From assembly GCA_963736115.1 (NCBI GenBank), contig CAVTNR010000009.1, forward strand, positions 64,001-128,000: a stretch of DNA of 64,000 nucleotides. The letters are read 5' to 3'. The stretch is from an uncultured bacterium (GTDB lineage: Bacteria > Zhuqueibacterota > QNDG01 > DTFT01). The notes below the pieces were generated by a model, which worked only from the letters and a program-made list of their open reading frames with translations, was not told where the DNA came from and did not search any database. Shown here piece after piece: positions 61,687 to 64,000 of the stretch (position 1 is the stretch's first letter; every line of letters starts with the position of its first letter). Both the position numbers and the translations under genes were made by a program.

Positions 61687-61798
61687 TTGAAGCTCCCCGC
61701 GGCCCCGCTGTGCGGGACCAAGCTATTATATGCCTTCTGGTTGAAGGTAAGCCGCGGGGAGCTTCTATCTGTAGAGAAGAACATATATTATATTCGCT
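61687..61798 (+). mobile_element. Truncated hairpin MITE with the nested module in its first hairpin
   Basis: ttgaagctccccgcgg[cccgctgtgcgggaccaagctattata...ttgaaggtaa]gccgcgggga.cttctatctgta.agaa.a.at.tattatattcgct. Confidence 0.75.
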
Positions 61799-62029
61799 TG
61801 CGCATTCTCCGCCGTGCCCGGGAAAACGGCTTGAGCCGCGTCGAACTGGAGGTGTTCGCGTCCAACGAGATCGCGATCCGGCTTTACCTGGAAGCGGAAT
61901 TTGTCATGGAGGGCAGAAAAATCGGAGCGAGAATACTGGACGGGAGGACCGACGACGTGTGCCTGATGGCGCTGAACCTGCCTGAAAAACCCGGCCCGGA
62001 CTGAGCACCGGATCAGACCCGCATCCGGC

Positions 62030-62581
62030 TCATTCCCATGCAACGTCAAATTCGGTGCAAACGTCCCCTTTCACCATGGACCGGACGATATCGACCCGGA
62101 GAGGCTTGCGTCCGCAGATCTCGACCGCACGTTCGATCCATCCGGCCACGCGGTGCTCCACGAAGGGGTGGATGCCTTCGAACTTCAGGATCTCGATGCG
62201 GCATGCGTTCTTCCCGACCTCGGACACGCGGATCTGGGAATCCTTGTAGTACTGACTGAAGATATGCAGACCGCGCGACAGGCTGAACTGCGGCGATCCG
62301 ATGCGCATGAATATCCTCAGGAATCCCTTCAAGGCGAAGTCCGCGCTGAACCGGCCGATTTCCCAGGCGCCTCTCTCCCGGCCCGCGAAAAACAGGTTCA
62401 CGATGTGCCGGGTCGGCTCCAGGTAGGCGGAGTCGATGGGGTACCAATCGCTGGCCAGGCACCATTCCATGATCTTCTGCGACTCGGGAGGAAGTGAACC
62501 AAGCCATTCATCGTAGCGGTCCGCGAACCGCTCCCGGACGAAGGCCCTGAGTGGCAGAACGGTGGTGCCTTTGACTTCCAT
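62030..62581 (-). CDS. Hypothetical protein (DUF2378/V4R-like)
   Basis: MEVKGT...LASDWYP...AWEIGRFSA...GWIERAVEICG...CTEFDVAWE; GGAGGA RBS. Confidence 0.65.
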   Translation of the reverse strand: MEVKGTTVLPLRAFVRERFADRYDEWLGSLPPESQKIMEWCLASDWYPIDSAYLEPTRHIVNLFFAGRERGAWEIGRFSADFALKGFLRIFMRIGSPQFSLSRGLHIFSQYYKDSQIRVSEVGKNACRIEILKFEGIHPFVEHRVAGWIERAVEICGRKPLRVDIVRSMVKGDVCTEFDVAWE

Positions 62582-62619
62582 GAACGGGTATTCCTCCGGA
62601 TGGGTTGGGTGGGAACGGT

Positions 62620-63015
62620 TTAGTGGACTCGGGGGGAGAGGCCTTCGAGCACCCGCCGGACGACGGGCCCCAGGGTTGCGTTGAGGTCCACGGGTTTGGT
62701 GAAGAAGGGATATCCATACGACTTCTGCTTTTCGAGCGCTTCGATGTCGTTGGTGAACCCGGACATGAGTATGATTTTCTGGCCGGGATTCCGTTTCCGG
62801 ACGGCGTCGGCCAGCGCGAATCCGTCCATGCCCGGCATCCGGATGTCGCTGATGAGCAGGTCCGGCCTCGCGGACTCCCATTTCGCGAGTCCCTCGATGC
62901 CGTCCATCGCGGTCAGGACCCGGTACCCCTCCTTCTGGAGATACCGCTCGAACACGTACAGAATGGGTTCCACGTCGTCCACGACGAGTATAGTATAAGC
63001 GTTTTCCGGTTTCAT
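62620..63015 (-). CDS. Single-domain response regulator (REC)
   Basis: ILVVDD, PDLLISDIRMPGMDG, FTKP. Confidence 0.92.
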   Translation of the reverse strand: MKPENAYTILVVDDVEPILYVFERYLQKEGYRVLTAMDGIEGLAKWESARPDLLISDIRMPGMDGFALADAVRKRNPGQKIILMSGFTNDIEALEKQKSYGYPFFTKPVDLNATLGPVVRRVLEGLSPRVH

Positions 63016-63142
63016 CGCGCTCTCATAATAATACAATATTGGTTAAAATTCAAGCGGAAAAACAGGGGGAACCGCTTTGAAAAATGTGCGGGTTTTGCTA
63101 TATTCCGGAGAACGCATCCATTATTATCGACAGGAGGATTCC

Positions 63143-64000
63143 ATGAACGGTTCGATTTTTTCGCATCCGATGTTCTGGCCCGTCGTCATCTTTCTGGTGT
63201 TCTATTTTCTGATCGGCATCCGTATCGTCCGGCCCACGCACCGGGGGCTGATCGAACGGCTCGGCAAATACCGGCGCTTCGCGAACCCCGGTTTTCACTG
63301 GATTATCCCCGTCATCGAAAAAATGTACCGCGTGAACGTCACCGAGCAGATGGTCGACGCCGAGCCCCAGGAAATCATCACCAATGACAACCTGAACGCC
63401 GCGGTGGACGCGCAGGTCTATTTCAAGGTCAAGCAGGACGAGGAGAGCGTCAAGAATTCACAGTACAACGTCAACCACGTCAATTACCAGATCGTCAACC
63501 TCGCCCGGACCACACTGCGCAACATCATCGGCACACTCACCCTCAAGTCCGCGAACAGCGAGCGCGGCCGCATCAACGACGAACTGCACAAGGTTTTGAT
63601 GAACGAAACCACGAACTGGGGCATCGAGATCGTCCGCACCGAGCTGAAGCAGATCGATCCGCCGAAGGACGTGCAGGAAACCATGAACAAGATCGTCAAG
63701 GCCGAAAACGAGAAGATCGCGGCCATCGATTACGCCACGGCCGCGGAAACCGTGGCCGACGGCCAGAAGCGGGCCTCCATCAAGCAGGCGGAGGGCATCC
63801 GGCAGGCCCGCATCCTCCAGGCCGGGGGCGAAGCCGAGGCCATCCGGCTCGTCAACGAGGCGGCGGACAAGTATTTCGTGGGCAACGCCCAGCTCCTGAG
63901 ACGGCTGGAGATGGTCGAAAAATCGCTCCAGGCCAACGCGAAAATCGTGGTCCCGTCCGGCACGGAACTGGTGAATGTCATCGGTGAAATGGCCGGCGTC
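63143..64000 (+). CDS. SPFH/band 7 (stomatin-like) membrane protein; runs off the window edge
   Basis: Manual translation: GIRIVRPTHRGLIERLGKY...PQEIITNDNLNAAVDAQVYF...LARTTLRNIIG...WGIEIVRTELKQIDPP; AGGAGG RBS. Confidence 0.92.
   Translation, partial: MNGSIFSHPMFWPVVIFLVFYFLIGIRIVRPTHRGLIERLGKYRRFANPGFHWIIPVIEKMYRVNVTEQMVDAEPQEIITNDNLNAAVDAQVYFKVKQDEESVKNSQYNVNHVNYQIVNLARTTLRNIIGTLTLKSANSERGRINDELHKVLMNETTNWGIEIVRTELKQIDPPKDVQETMNKIVKAENEKIAAIDYATAAETVADGQKRASIKQAEGIRQARILQAGGEAEAIRLVNEAADKYFVGNAQLLRRLEMVEKSLQANAKIVVPSGTELVNVIGEMAGV

Larger units (their letters stand above)
61295..62004 (+). pseudogene. GNAT N-acetyltransferase interrupted by two MITE insertions
   Basis: MTDGILIRPI | 155-bp insert | RTDVPSFRELLDAVCRERRHL...GWCDV..LPG | second insert replacing motif A | ARENGLSRVELEVFASNEIAIRLY...F..EG. 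Confidence 0.8.

Overview
GC-rich chromosomal segment of an FCB-superphylum-type bacterium (KSB1/Calditrichota/Zixibacteria-like; inferred from the YPNPFNP...RK.ALVK C-terminal sorting domains and a GWxTD-like protein). From left to right it holds: a partial M16C peptidase, four tandem secreted proteins with T9SS-type C-terminal domains, and a GNAT; a signalling operon with a sigma-54-type promoter (HEAT protein, degenerate HD-GYP, two histidine kinases, REC protein); a glutamate dehydrogenase region (gdhA, ACT protein, REC/PPDK_N protein, zinc-finger microprotein, second GDH); TonB plus a GWxTD-like TPR protein; carB, uppP and thrC-apgM-citrate synthase-MgtC-aminotransferase; a GIY-YIG nuclease, an AT-richer envelope operon, GH31 and an AraC-GyrI regulator; then tRNA-fMet, smc, cellobiose 2-epimerase, a GNAT pseudogene and a partial SPFH gene. 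Six single-base frameshifts, four of them in carB, look like long-read assembly errors. The most notable observations are: (i) a putative promoter inside the AraC-GyrI gene (three GCAAGA repeats at exact 21-bp spacing, a -10 box, an RBS and an in-frame ATG) that would make a stand-alone GyrI-like protein; (ii) a ~120-155 bp hairpin MITE family carrying a nested ~50-bp module in its hairpin loops, which has hit one GNAT gene twice; (iii) the REC/PPDK_N + Zn-finger + GDH module; (iv) a HEAT/HD-GYP pair sharing an N-terminal domain. No CRISPR array, rRNA, transposase, integrase or prophage was seen. All family calls come from reading motifs by eye, not from database searches.
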